NCBI GenBank assembly: GCA_964187785.1
Contig: OZ076409.1
Span: forward strand, 96,350,001 to 96,414,000
Reading direction: 5' to 3'
Origin: Amphiscolops sp. MND2022
Lineage: Eukaryota
Length of the DNA stretch: 64,000 bases
Part shown: positions 51,501 through 62,521 of the stretch, piece after piece
Layout of the letters: each line of letters starts with the position of its first letter
Numbering within the stretch: position 1 is the stretch's first letter
The notes under the pieces: model-generated
The model's input: only the letters and a program-made list of their open reading frames with translations
Told to the model about the DNA's origin: nothing
The model's database searches: none
Position numbers and translations under genes: made by a program

Positions 51501-54500
51501 TGGCTGGACCGATCAGCACATTTCAATAATAACGTACACCATATAGCCGGTAAACATTTAGCACTTACGGATTATCTCAGTAGAAATCCGATACTACCAG
51601 CGCAAACAGATGACGCATACGATGAAGAATACGTAATTAACAACATATTACGGCACTACAACTTTATCTCCAAATATGGTTGCCTTAGCAACCAAACTGA
51701 CCAATCAGAAAACAGAACGGAGAAAAGTGAACGCAAAGCAAACAACAAACCACGGACCGGCGACACACATAGACGAACTGCCATTGATTGCCTTAACACC
51801 GATACGTTAACACGCTTCAAACAAAAGCACTGCCAAAGCATCAAATTGACAATGGACGCAAATACAATAAACGAGATTGAAGCAGCAAATCCAACCGCGG
51901 AAACAATTGAATTGACAAACCGCTGGCGAGAAATCGTTAAACCCGGGATTTATCGATTAATCGGGGGAAAATGGAAGCGCTATCACGAACCAAAATTCTT
52001 ACGTAATGAAAGAAAGGTGATAGAAGAAAGACTGCAACAAATCATGAAAAACCACGGAACGGCAGATCTTAGACAAAGAATTAGCCCCAAACAGACGGGA
52101 GGCTTTAAACCACCCACCAGACACAGCGAACAATGGACGGTTGACCCATACTGGGACTTGGACCGTCCCACCCCAGTCCAACACGACAGACCCGGACCAT
52201 CCCAACAAACTTACATCCAGACAACACCAATGGAGGAGGGCGAAATAGAAACCGACACCGATCAAGACCCATCAATCTTAGAAGTACCGGCAATAAACTG
52301 GGCACGCTATGTCGGAGTAAAGAGCGTCCAATACGTGAAGATGGGACACGCTCCAAAAATAACCGCCGAAGAACAAAACAACTGGGATTTGGAACAAGCA
52401 GTGCGAGAAACGGAGAAAAATTTTTCTACCGATCTACAGCTGCTTATGACAGAGACGACGAACGACGCCAGCCTACTGAAAACACTAGTATGCCTGGAAA
52501 GACAACAACATGAGCTGATACCCGAAGAATATCTACCAGTCAAAAAGAAATTGTCAAGCAGATTCGGCCTCGTATTCATGGAAGACAAAATCGTAGTCCC
52601 AAAGAATCTACGCACCACGGTTATAAGCCTGCTACACAAAGGACACCCAGCCATCAACAAGATGACCCTAGCAGCCCGACACTTCTGGTGGCCACGGATA
52701 ACCGAAGCCATTCAGAAAAAGTGCGACTCCTGCATACCATGCAAAATGTCCGGTAAGAGCATTAAACCTAACATACCGTATACGGAGAAAAACAATCTAC
52801 CACCGGTAAGCAATCCGAACGAGGAAATTCAACTGGATTTCATTGGCCCGATTACAGAAAATAACCGCCGGTTTTATATATTACTATCCATAGACCGATT
52901 TAGTAAATGGCCGGCAGCCAGTTTTTGCAAAAATACGGACGGAGAAACGGCGGTAAAATTTATCGAACAATATATCCAACTAAATGGAATACCGAAAACG
53001 ATCAGAACGGATAAAGCAACCGCTTTCACAGGACGCCTCTTCCGCGATTTTTGTAAAAAACATTACATCAAACTAATATACGGCACACCGTATATTCATA
53101 CCCCAACAGGCCTTGTAGAGAGAGGAGTCAGAACACTCAAAGAAAATCTCTTAACAAACTTAAAAGCCGGAGAACGTTTTGGAAAAGCCTTAGATATAGC
53201 TCTAGAAATAATGCGTAAAACACCACACACGAGACTGAAAAAATCAGCTTTCGAATTACACTACGGTCGAAGCCCAAACACGGAAGTTAGTAACCTACTA
53301 AACTTAGATAGTTTGAAGAAACTAACGGAAAATTCCATTTCAGCAAAACCAGATACCTTACAGGTATACTCATTCAGTGGATCCGGCGGTGTGTCCGACC
53401 AGCTACCAATGAAGCCGAAGAAAAACGATAAAGGAGTTAGTAACTACCCATTCCTTTTCTTAGAAAAAAAACATCAAAAATCAAAATTCGAAAGTGCCTA
53501 CATGGATAAACCGAATATAGCCGTGTCCGGAACAAAACACACGGTGACAACACCGAATGGAAGAATAATACATAAAAAATGTATTAGTAAACCACTTAAT
53601 AATTTTAACCAGGACTGCAACAACAACAGAGGAACCGGGCCGAGAGGACCAGATGGCCGGTTCACGAAGTCACCACCCAAAGCAAGAAGGACATATATAC
53701 TGGAGTCAGACAACGAGTCAGAGCCAACACCGGACCAAACAGACAACACTACGGTCAAAAAGGGTACATTCGGCCGAGGCAGACCAGTTCAGAAACGAGA
53801 ACGGTCGGAGTCAAGCTCACCACACAGCACACCGGGGGGCACAAACAAAGACATCGGCCCGCTCACCATAACTACCAACATGACGGACACGGAAATCAAC
53901 CGTGCCATCAGCGACGCGAAACAAGCCAACGAAGAACTTTTTATTAGAGACGAAAACGGTAAGGCTTTTAATAATAATAACATATTCCCTAACGAGGGGG
54001 AAGAGAATAGCCTTGATATAGATTTTGCCAACAACCTGAGCTCAAGTACTGAACTAGGAACAGATGTTAAACGCGAAGAAAAAAAAGTACGCAGATCGAA
54101 AAGACTACCAAAAACAAACCCAATTATCAGATATAATAACCCAATATGTCATGATTACAGGAACCACCGTAGAAAGGCTGAACTCGGAAGAAACACCGGG
54201 CCAAACCCAAACAGATATGGAAACAAGCAACCAGAACTAAACCCAAAAGCAGACAACAAACAGACGTCACGGATAAAAGAACACTGTGACAAAAGCCAAT
54301 GCGAGGATCGGTTACCCGTCCACAAACATATGGACCATTGGAGGAATCACCGCCATACAGAAGCTACACAAAACCCCATTGGCCAGTCGACAGCCAATAG
54401 TGAAGGGGGGAATGTAGTAGAAGACTCAGACTCTTTACATACATGCTAATTAGTCTGTATTTATATGATTACATACTGTTGTTCTTTTTATCAAGTACCT

Positions 54501-54603
54501 GCCTATTGTATGCAGATGATGAACTATCATAAAGTCCAAGAACAAGAGAGAATAAAGTTTGAATTGTACATGCTACTTATAGTCATAGAAGAGAGTTACA
54601 ACA
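48550..54603 (+). mobile_element. Ty3/Gypsy LTR retrotransposon E (Mag/SURL-like), near intact and young
   Basis: 191-bp LTRs 48550-48740 and 54413-54603 with 1 mismatch, TSD GTGTT, PBS TGGCGCAGTCAGC (tRNA-Ser-type, 48741), PPT GAAGGGGGGAA. Confidence 0.98.
48804..54449 (+). CDS. Gag-pol polyprotein of element E (gag with zinc knuckles, protease IDSGS, RT WLDD, RNase H, extra module, integrase, long C-terminal tail), with three lesions
   Basis: ORFs 48804-49352, 49382-50608, about 50609-51151 and 51186-54449. Frameshifts in A9 runs (49324, 51101) and a TAG at 50606 in DYA*GQ. The stop codon lies inside the 3' LTR. Confidence 0.92.
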
Positions 54604-55255
54604 GTGTTGAACCAATTATCGTTGCATCATTGAGTCCCAGGATTGTATTTCAGTCGTTTTCTGTAGTAATTTGATTGTTCCTAAACTTCTGTAGTTCCAA
54701 TGGGATGATATCTTTTTCTAAATGTTTGTTTACGATAGTTACGAAAAATACTGCAGCTGTCTCACTGAAAGGGGCCCTTTTGGCGCCTTTGGACAGTTTT
54801 TAGATCTCGAGAGAGATGGTGACGTCAATAATATATCTAAACGATCATTTATCTCTGATTTTAGTCTGTACTTTTTGTTTTGTAAAAATTGTGCCCGACT
54901 CTAACAGGGGCATGTTTTTTGCAAGATGAAAATTTCCACTCTTGAAGTTTTTTTTTTCAATTTTCTAACCTAAGATCTAAACAATACTGTTATGTCAACT
55001 TTGATTTAGTCCTTAGGGCCGGAGCAAGATCTTTTATTCATTCAGAAAGGGTGTACACTCGATACAAAGTAGTCCGGGTAAGATTACCAAAACCTCGGTA
55101 AAATAGAAAAAGACCCGATTACAATATCTTTCGAAAGATCGGCTCAAAGATTCTGTGCAGACTTACTTCATGTGCATCTCGAGTGAAACCAAAACCATCA
55201 AATTGATACTTCAAATTTTTAAATATATATTTTTCTGATAATCCCTGTCTTACAG

Positions 55256-55364
55256 ACCAAATTCTTCTGCTGCGGAGCGTTATTTTCGCCTATTTTTGTC
55301 GCAACTTTCGGCATCCTACCAACTCTGTTTGACGGAAGCAATTTCATAATAATGTGCACTTTAG
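55256..55364 (+). CDS. MFS transporter (SLC18B1-like) internal exon (TM3 to start of TM4)
   Basis: TTACAG|ACC ... TTAG|GTATGG, reading TKFFCCGALFSPIFVATFGILPTLFDGSNFIIMCTL. The phase-1 end joins 63073 in frame. Confidence 0.7.
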
Positions 55365-55974
55365 GTATGGGGACAACTCACAATTTGAATTTGGCACTTT
55401 TCTGTTAAAATGTGTGAACAATGTTTTGTTCAAGCGGGAAACTACTCTAATAGAAGTTAACTTCCTGCTATGAAAGAAGGTTTTACTTTTAATTAGGCTA
55501 GTCTAACGTTTTTAAGGAGTTATTTTCAAAAATTTTGATGGTGGGGGGGGGGGTAACAGAAAAGAGCCTTGAATTTTTAAATACCTCTTTATTTTATGTT
55601 CATACCAAACATTTCACACCAGTTTATAATGCTCGGATAGAGAATTGTTTTCCCAATGCAAAGATAAATACGGAATATTCCATTCAGTATTTTTCACTTT
55701 GAAGTAATTCCAAGTAATTTCAATTAATTCTCAATTGAATTCTTTCCAGACTGGTTACCAGACAAAAGCGCCGCCGTCATAATCACCCCAATCAGGGATT
55801 TTGCTGGCTCTTTTCCGCCACCAACTTTAGGTTTCTCACTCCAATTAAATAATTATGAGTTTTTCATTTTTAATCAGTGTATTGACTAATTGCTTCGTCA
55901 AGAAATTAATATTTTGTTGACAGAAATACCAAAAATATCAATTTAAGTTGAAATAACCATAGACTTCGGCTTTT

Positions 55975-57877
55975 GAACCGCTTGGCCCAGGAGAGAAGCA
56001 CTCGACAGATCCTGCAGGTAGTTCAAGGATCGAAAAACCCCAACCAGTGAGGAAACTGTGGCAGAATAGCTGATGATACTGTCGCTATTGTGCATCTTTA
56101 CTGGCGGGTAGTTGGCGAGTTTGTCGAGGTAGGCACTAACAACAGTCTGAGGTTGCCCAAACTTTCGTTCCAACGTTTTCAACGCGTCTTTGTACATAGT
56201 ACCACAATATGCAAACTCGGCTATAGCTGTTTTTGCCTTACCGGACACCAATGTCTTCAAGTAGGTCAGTTTCACGTCATCGGTAAGGGGCGCTGAATCG
56301 ATGGCACTCTTGAACTGGCCAAACCACTCGTGTCATTGAAGTGGATCTCCACTGTACTGGGCCAGTTTCCATTCAGGGAGGTGATCCCTTTTCGAGGACG
56401 CTAACAGTTGTGCAAGATCTTGGACAGTGAAACTGGTAGTAGCAGGTTGCGGTACATTGACGAATGGAGGAGTTGCCAATGGTGTTGCTGTTGAAGGAAC
56501 GGCCGGGAAAGTAGTCGGTACTGGTGCGCTGCTCGGTGCGGGCACAGTTGCAAGAGACGTCGGGTTAATATAGTATACTGTTCCTCCAGCGGTGACTGGG
56601 ATAACAGGCGAAGATGTTGAGGCGACACTAGTAGCCGGTAAAACTGTCGGAAACACAGTGGCGCTCGAAGTTACGGGGTTTACTATCACGGGCGGGTTAC
56701 TTGGTCCTGTCGGAAACATCCAGGCTGATAAATTCGGAAGAACATGACTTGCGGGAACGGTGACTGTTGAAATCGGAATTGACGTGGCGGTTGCCAAAGG
56801 AGCTGAGGCTGAAACAGTTACTGATGGAGCATTTGTCCCCTGAAGCGTTGTGGTCGACTGGGGGACCTGGACGTGGCCAGTGTTTGGTAGGTAAACTATT
56901 GAACCTGGTCCTGTAGCTGAAGGCATATTGTTAGTCGTCGAAGCGGTTGGAAGAGCTACAGGAGTGACTACTGGGAAGCTAGGTGTTGGCGTTGTTGTAG
57001 GAGCTCCTCTGTTGACTTAACTTTGTGCTGCGGTAGTGACGATAACGACGTTCGGTTCCAAAATAACGGTGTTTGTGGGATCACTTGCAGTAGCAACAGG
57101 TGAATTGTTAACCCACTCGCTGACTCTGACAGTATTGTCAGCTTTAGTCGAAGCTGCTAGTTGTGAAACTGTGTCTAGAAACTCCGATTGAGAGTCTGAC
57201 AAGTCCTCAGTCAGTTCAAGCTCGGTGAGTGTTGCTTCAGCTAGTTTCTTTCGATTTTCTTCTTCTAACTGTTCAACTCGAAGTGCTTGTTCTTTCTTAA
57301 GTCTGTCGGTCCTCAGTCTAAGTACTTCTTGTTCTTCCTGTAGACGTTCAAGTTCCAGTTCCTGCTGTTGCTTTGCAATTCTAAGGGCGGCTTCGTTTTG
57401 CCTTTCTATCTCCTCCTTACGTTGCTTGGCAATTAACAAGTCCCTTTGTCGTTGACTGGAGGTTCTCGATTGTCTGGTTGTCCTTGTGGTAGACGTTTTG
57501 CTTGGTTGCTTGCTCTTGGTGACAGTCGTTGACGATTGAGATGCTCCATCGACTAGTGGGCATTGATCGATGTAATCGCGAGCCTTTTTTAAAATCTCAT
57601 CGTTTCGAGTGGTCACTTCATTCAACCAAGTTTCCAAATCTTGTTTAACAATTGATGGGTCTTCTGTTTTGCCAGAGAGTTCGAAAAGTTGTTCATGTTT
57701 AGCAAACAGTTTCGTCATCGCTTCGTCGCAGGAAGTAACAAGTCTTTCGACGCGGACACGTCTATCTTTGTTCTGCACGGCATCTTGAACTTTTTCTTGA
57801 AACCTTTGTAACTCGGTCTCAGCTTTGGCACGACTTTCGAAAAGTTTTCTAACTTTGTCTTGTCTGGTGTCGGTCAT
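55975..57877 (-). pseudogene. BEL/Pao gag (coiled coil, Pro/Thr-rich linker, DUF1759-like region), with 2 stops and a 3' truncation
   Basis: LPEWKLAQYSGDPLQ*HEWFGQFKSAID...KLTYLKTLVSGKAK...Y..AL..L..KFG is the typical Pao gag pattern. Confidence 0.85.
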
Positions 57878-58409
57878 CTTTGTCGTGATTTTTTGTTAGA
57901 GAATGAATCAAGGTAGCAAGGAAAGTGTTAAATCAAATAGATTGAGGAGTAACTTCTTCGACAGCGTCAACCAAGCAATTAAGCTTAGACACAGCTGAAC
58001 GGAGAAATTTTGGGTTAACGGTAACGGTGTGCTTTGGATGATGGGAGCTGTATCTCACGATAAGCGCAACGGTAGAGTAGTTTTGCGATTTTTTGTTTTT
58101 TAAAAGTAATTACAAGACACAGGAGGAAGTTACATGGGACGAGTCGATGATTTAAAAACACGCTCTTCCCGAAAGGACAATGGTTCGTCCAAGGGGCGGA
58201 AGAAGGCCGAAAGAACTTCAACCAGACAATTAAGTCTGGACACTGTCCAAACGGCAGGAAGAAAGACGGGGAGTAGACTTCTGAGTATCAACCGGACAAT
58301 AAAGTCCGGACACAACTCAAGAAGACGGGTAAACTACTGTAGAAACTTCAACCGGACAATGAAGTCCGGACACCGTAACTACAGTACAGTAAAGACGGAT
58401 GGAGGGGGT

Positions 58410-59020
58410 CTAGGACGAAGCAGCGACGGCCGCTGCACTCTTGATTGCCTTTCGGGCGCGCTTACTAGGCCGCTTGGGGCAGCTTTTGTCGGTGATAGCG
58501 TTAAGCTCGCTCTCTTTGCTCAGAATAAAGTCAATATGCTTTATTTCAATCTCGGGGCTCTGGTGTAACGCCTTGAGTTTTTTAAGAAAGTCAGGATCTT
58601 TCTGTTTTCTCGTGGAAAGGAAATCATCAGCGATACTGAACACTTTAATGTTGGTTGTTTTTTCAATTTCCTTCAATTTTGGTAAAATATGCGGGGTACG
58701 GAATCGGTGGCAATACACTAGAGCCCGGAGTCGAAAGATTTCAAAATATCTAGCAATTGGGGAAAGGTCAATGCTCGGTAATTATTGCTCTCGTGCTTAG
58801 AAATGCTATTATTCAGCACATCATGCCAAATAATGATGTCGGTTTTTTCGGCAAGATCTTTAGAGAGCAAGTTTTGCACAATTTTTTGGGGATTTTTCGT
58901 GTTAGGGTTAAGACTCATTCCCGGGATTGAGAAAATTTTCTTTTTATAGGTTTTTCGGTTTTCGGGGTTAAGGGTGTTAAGAGCATGATCAACGGAACTT
59001 GCCGTTAAAATGTATACCAT
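58410..59020 (-). pseudogene. Accessory ORF of about 200 aa, SGNH/GDSL-hydrolase-like, with one frameshift at about 58735
   Basis: ORFs 59020-58718 and 58718-58410 join with one added nucleotide (KSF-RLRALVYC). Order VYILTASS / SIPG / IIIWHDVLNN / LHQS, followed by a basic C-terminal tail. Confidence 0.55.
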
Positions 59021-60270
59021 TAGGTTTTTTTTCAATGAGAATATGAAACTTTGAAAAATCCGATGAGAAATGTTTTTTTTCGTCACTTCTTGTGAAAGGA
59101 TGCAAATGCTAATTTACGATTTTTTTTTCGGATTACGTTAAAGGTTTCCGAATTTTGGCCACTGGATTTTACGAAATTGATTTCTCGTAAATGTACTGGA
59201 GTCTTTTCCACAAAGCGCAAAAAGCAAAAACTTCACTCAAAGGGAAGTCTTTTAGCCTCGAAGTAACTTCTAATAATGATAAGAACGTTAGTGTATATCA
59301 ACAACTTTTCAAAGGCCTTGCTATGAAAGTAGCACAAGTTCTAGTTTTATTCAGTTTTGAGAGTTTTTTCTAAATCAGTTTTGTTTTGAACATAACCAGT
59401 TTTATGTAGTAGTCAGGTTTCAGTGACACCTTCCGGGTGTTGCAGGGCTCCTGCCGAGTTTCGTGGGGGGTTGCACCCTCGTCTGTGGGGTACAGCACCC
59501 ACTCGTCTGCGGGAGAAACCCTCGTCTCTCTGTTTGTAGCGGGGGTTGCTCAGCACACTTCGGGGAAAAACACCCTCCGCTGTGGGGGTGGGCACCCTGG
59601 ACTGTTGGGGGTAAACTTGACAGTGATAAAACGAATTTTCCAGCAGTCGTGTTGAATTCCAGTCGCGAAGTAATTAATAAGTTCAATAGGATTTTGAACA
59701 GGATGAGAAGGGTTAGGCTGAACAAGATGAAAGATTATTCTGAACAGAATGAGAAGATTATGCCACTTTGCAACTGTTTTGCAGTGGCTTGCGCCCGGGA
59801 ATTATAAAGGAAAGCAGCGCCAAACTGAACAGCAGCATTCCAATTCTTGCCTCTTCCTGCTGCGTTTCCTTCAAAGGCTTTCCTTCCCCCGAGGTCGTTC
59901 GTAATTGCTGTCTTTTCACTGCAACTTGTCCAACTGCAATCTCAACACACACAACACACGCTGTGTAGGATGACCAGCAATAAAAAAATGAAAGTAAGTA
60001 GCCTCTCTATGGCCACCATGAAATAACCATAGACTCCGGCTTTTCTATAGATCGTTTGAGTGTCAAAGAATCAATTGAATATGGCTATATACGGTCGCAA
60101 AATGAATCAAACAACGCATATAGAAATACGACACAACTGACAAAAGATCAAATAAAATTAGTCAACAAAAATAACAACAGTAAACATAAATAGCAAGGCC
60201 TTTTCTCAAGGTTATTTTACTGAAATCAAGAAAAATATTTAGATCTTATTTCCGAAATAGGAAATATTTT

Positions 60271-60341
60271 ACCTGTCCGGGAATCGAACCCAAGACCTTA
60301 TGGTTCGAAAGCTAGCACACTAACCATTCGGCCATAGCGCC
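60271..60341 (-). promoter_or_regulatory. tRNA-like Pol III internal promoter inside the BEL/Pao 5' LTR
   Basis: A box TGGCCGAATGG and B box GGTTCGATTCC at tRNA spacing. The T-arm pairs, but the acceptor and anticodon stems do not. Confidence 0.65.
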
Positions 60342-60470
60342 TTGAAAAGGAGCGGATAATATTTGCTTTTAATCTTATCGCTGAATTAATTGCTTGCCAA
60401 CATAAGTCCATTGCAAATGGAATTTAATTTGTTTGAATATGTTGAGTATGGCATTGCCAGTGAACTATTA

Positions 60471-62316
60471 TTGGGGCACGAGCGGAGCGAGATGCCCATA
60501 TGGTGACGTTTTTTTTTCGCAGATTTCGTGACATGTGCCAACTTTTCAAACTTGTGCGGCAAATTTCTCAAAACCCATAACAGATACGGACACCATGTTT
60601 CCGCTAAAAGTTGCGCAGGTTCCTGGGCTACATTTTCGTCGAAAAAAAATTCGAAAAAAATTCGGCTTCATGGTTTTTTTAAAAAGAAGTTTTGAAAAAA
60701 CGCTATTTTTGACTGTTTTTTATGTTTGATCCCCTATTTCTCAGAACCAGGACCAAATACAGGTTCCATGGTTTCGTGTAATTTACAAGCGTTTCATAGG
60801 CTACATTTTCGCTCAAAATTGGCGTCAAAATTTTTTTCAGACTTGGTTTTTTGGGCAAAAAAATGGATGAAAAAAAATCTCGAAAAAATTTTTCTCATTT
60901 GTAGCTGATATTTCTCAAAACTGACAAAAGATACAGAAACCATTCTCCCTCAAGATAAACAGCAAGGATGTAAGCTAGGTTTTGTACCAACAAAGTTTCC
61001 GTCATCACGTATGAAGCGTTCGTTTTTCTGCTAAAAATACATGTTTTTTTTGAAAAATTTTCCTATTTATTTTATACTTGAGCCCCTATATCTAAAGACC
61101 GAGAACAAATACGCAGTCCTTGGTTTCGTAATTTGTACTAGGGCTCAGTAGGCTGCGTTTAAAACCAATAATGACGTCGAATTTTTTTGCTCCGGTTTTT
61201 TTGGGCAAATAAAGGGATGAAAAAGAAATTTGAAAAATTTCCCATTTTCTCATAATTTGTAACTGATTTTCCTCAGAACTGAAAAGAGATACGAAAAACC
61301 TTTGTCCTAGCCAAAAGTTGGGTAGAATCCTTTACTACCTTTTCGTTGAAAAAACTTTTAAAAAAGAATTCGACTTCCTGGTTTTTTTTGGAAAAAGTTT
61401 TGAAAAAACGCAAATTTTTAGAGTGTTTCATCTTTCTTCCCTTATTTCTCAAAACCGAGACCAGATACAGGGTCCATGGTTTCGTATAATATACAAGCGT
61501 TTCGTAGGCTACATTTTTGCTAAAAATGACGTCAATCTTTTTTCCGACTGCGCTTTTTGGGCAAAAAAAGGGATGAAAAAATTTCGAAAATTTTTTTCTC
61601 TTTTGTAGCTCATATTTCTCAACACTGACGAAAGATACAGAAACCATTCTTCCTCAAGACAAATAGCAAGGATGTGGCTTTTTTTGTACTAATCAAGTTT
61701 TCGTCATCAAGTATGACGCCTTCGTTTTTCTGCTGAAAATACTTGATTTTTTTGAAAAATTTTCTCAGTTCTTTTTTACTCGAGCTTGTATATCTGTATC
61801 CTGTATATCAGGACCGAAAACGAATACGGAGTCCATGGTTTCGTAATTTGTACGAGGGTTCAGTAGGCTATGTGTAAAGGTAAAAATGACGTCGACTTTT
61901 TTTGCTCTGGTATTATTGGGCAAATAAATGGATGAAGAAAAAATTCGAAAAATTTCCATTTTTTCCCAAATTGTAACTGATTTTTCTCAAAAGTGAAAGT
62001 AGATACGAAATTCATTCTCCCTCACAGAGTTATGCAAAGATGTAGGCTAATTCTTGTACTATCAAAGTTTCCGTCATCAAGTATGACGCCTACGTTTTTC
62101 TGCTAAAATTACAATTTTCATTTTTCTCAAACTTCAATTTCTCACCTTTCTTTTTAGTTCTTTCACCTATATTTTCTTGATCTGAGACTAGATAAGTTCA
62201 CTAGGTTTTGGAATCTGGGATATACACATTTTCTAGCACCTTCTGCAGACCATTGAACGTTTCTGCTCGTGCCCAAGCGCGACATGCCGTCGCGCCTATG
62301 TTTTTGTTTGAACACC
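60471..62316. mobile_element. Helentron/HINE-like element carrying a tandem array of about 355-bp units
   Basis: Subterminal IR GGGCACGAGC (60474) / GCTCGTGCCC (62265), 3' hairpin GCGCGAC-ATGCC-GTCGCGC, TT insertion site. Units start at about 60730, 61080, 61440 and 61790. Confidence 0.7.
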
Positions 62317-62521
62317 TTCAATTTGATTTAATTAGAGGCGGTGAAATCATCTCAAAAATTAGCGAGGTGCTTTGTATTGGGGCGCTTTTGACTGGGGCGC
62401 TTTTGTATGTAGTACTTACTATGTACACGCCATGACAATTTCATTAGTTATTGAGTAGGTTTTGAAAAGGTTCTTTAATCATTTCCTGATAAGAAAGACT
62501 TCAGTTGATATGGGGGGTCGT

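Larger units (their letters stand above)
55949..60402 (-). mobile_element. BEL/Pao LTR retrotransposon, internally deleted (no pol)
   Basis: 5' LTR 60019-60402 (TGTT..TTCA), PBS TGGTGGCCATAGAG, last 26 bp of the 3' LTR at 55949-55974, TSD TAAGT (55944-55948 and 60403-60407), and a DUF1759-type gag. Confidence 0.9.
55751..62410. mobile_element. MITE of the 12299-12715 family, split by two nested insertions
   Basis: Segments 55751-55948, 60403-60470 and about 62317-62410 rejoin into a copy colinear with 12299-12715. Confidence 0.75.

Noticed and set aside
55046..55077. Candidate MFS micro-exon (CAG|AAAGGG...CCGG|GTAAG)
   Set aside because: The phase-compatible frame gives ERVYTRYKVVR, which is not a TM2 helix, and the KGVHS frame is out of phase.
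59400..59970. Second possible accessory ORF in the BEL/Pao leader
   Set aside because: It is GC-richer, but all frames are short and none is recognisable; intact copies are needed to judge.
60003..60018. Self-priming by the LTR tRNA-like RNA (CTATGGCC is complementary to the PBS)
   Set aside because: The match is only 8 nt and internal to the RNA; the PBS starts with TGG, as expected for a normal tRNA CCA end.
55949..60044. 26-bp direct repeat read as an att site or long TSD
   Set aside because: It is explained as the LTR 3' end; the real TSD is TAAGT at 55944 and 60403.
60271..60341. Functional tRNA-Arg(TCG) gene
   Set aside because: The acceptor and anticodon stems do not pair.
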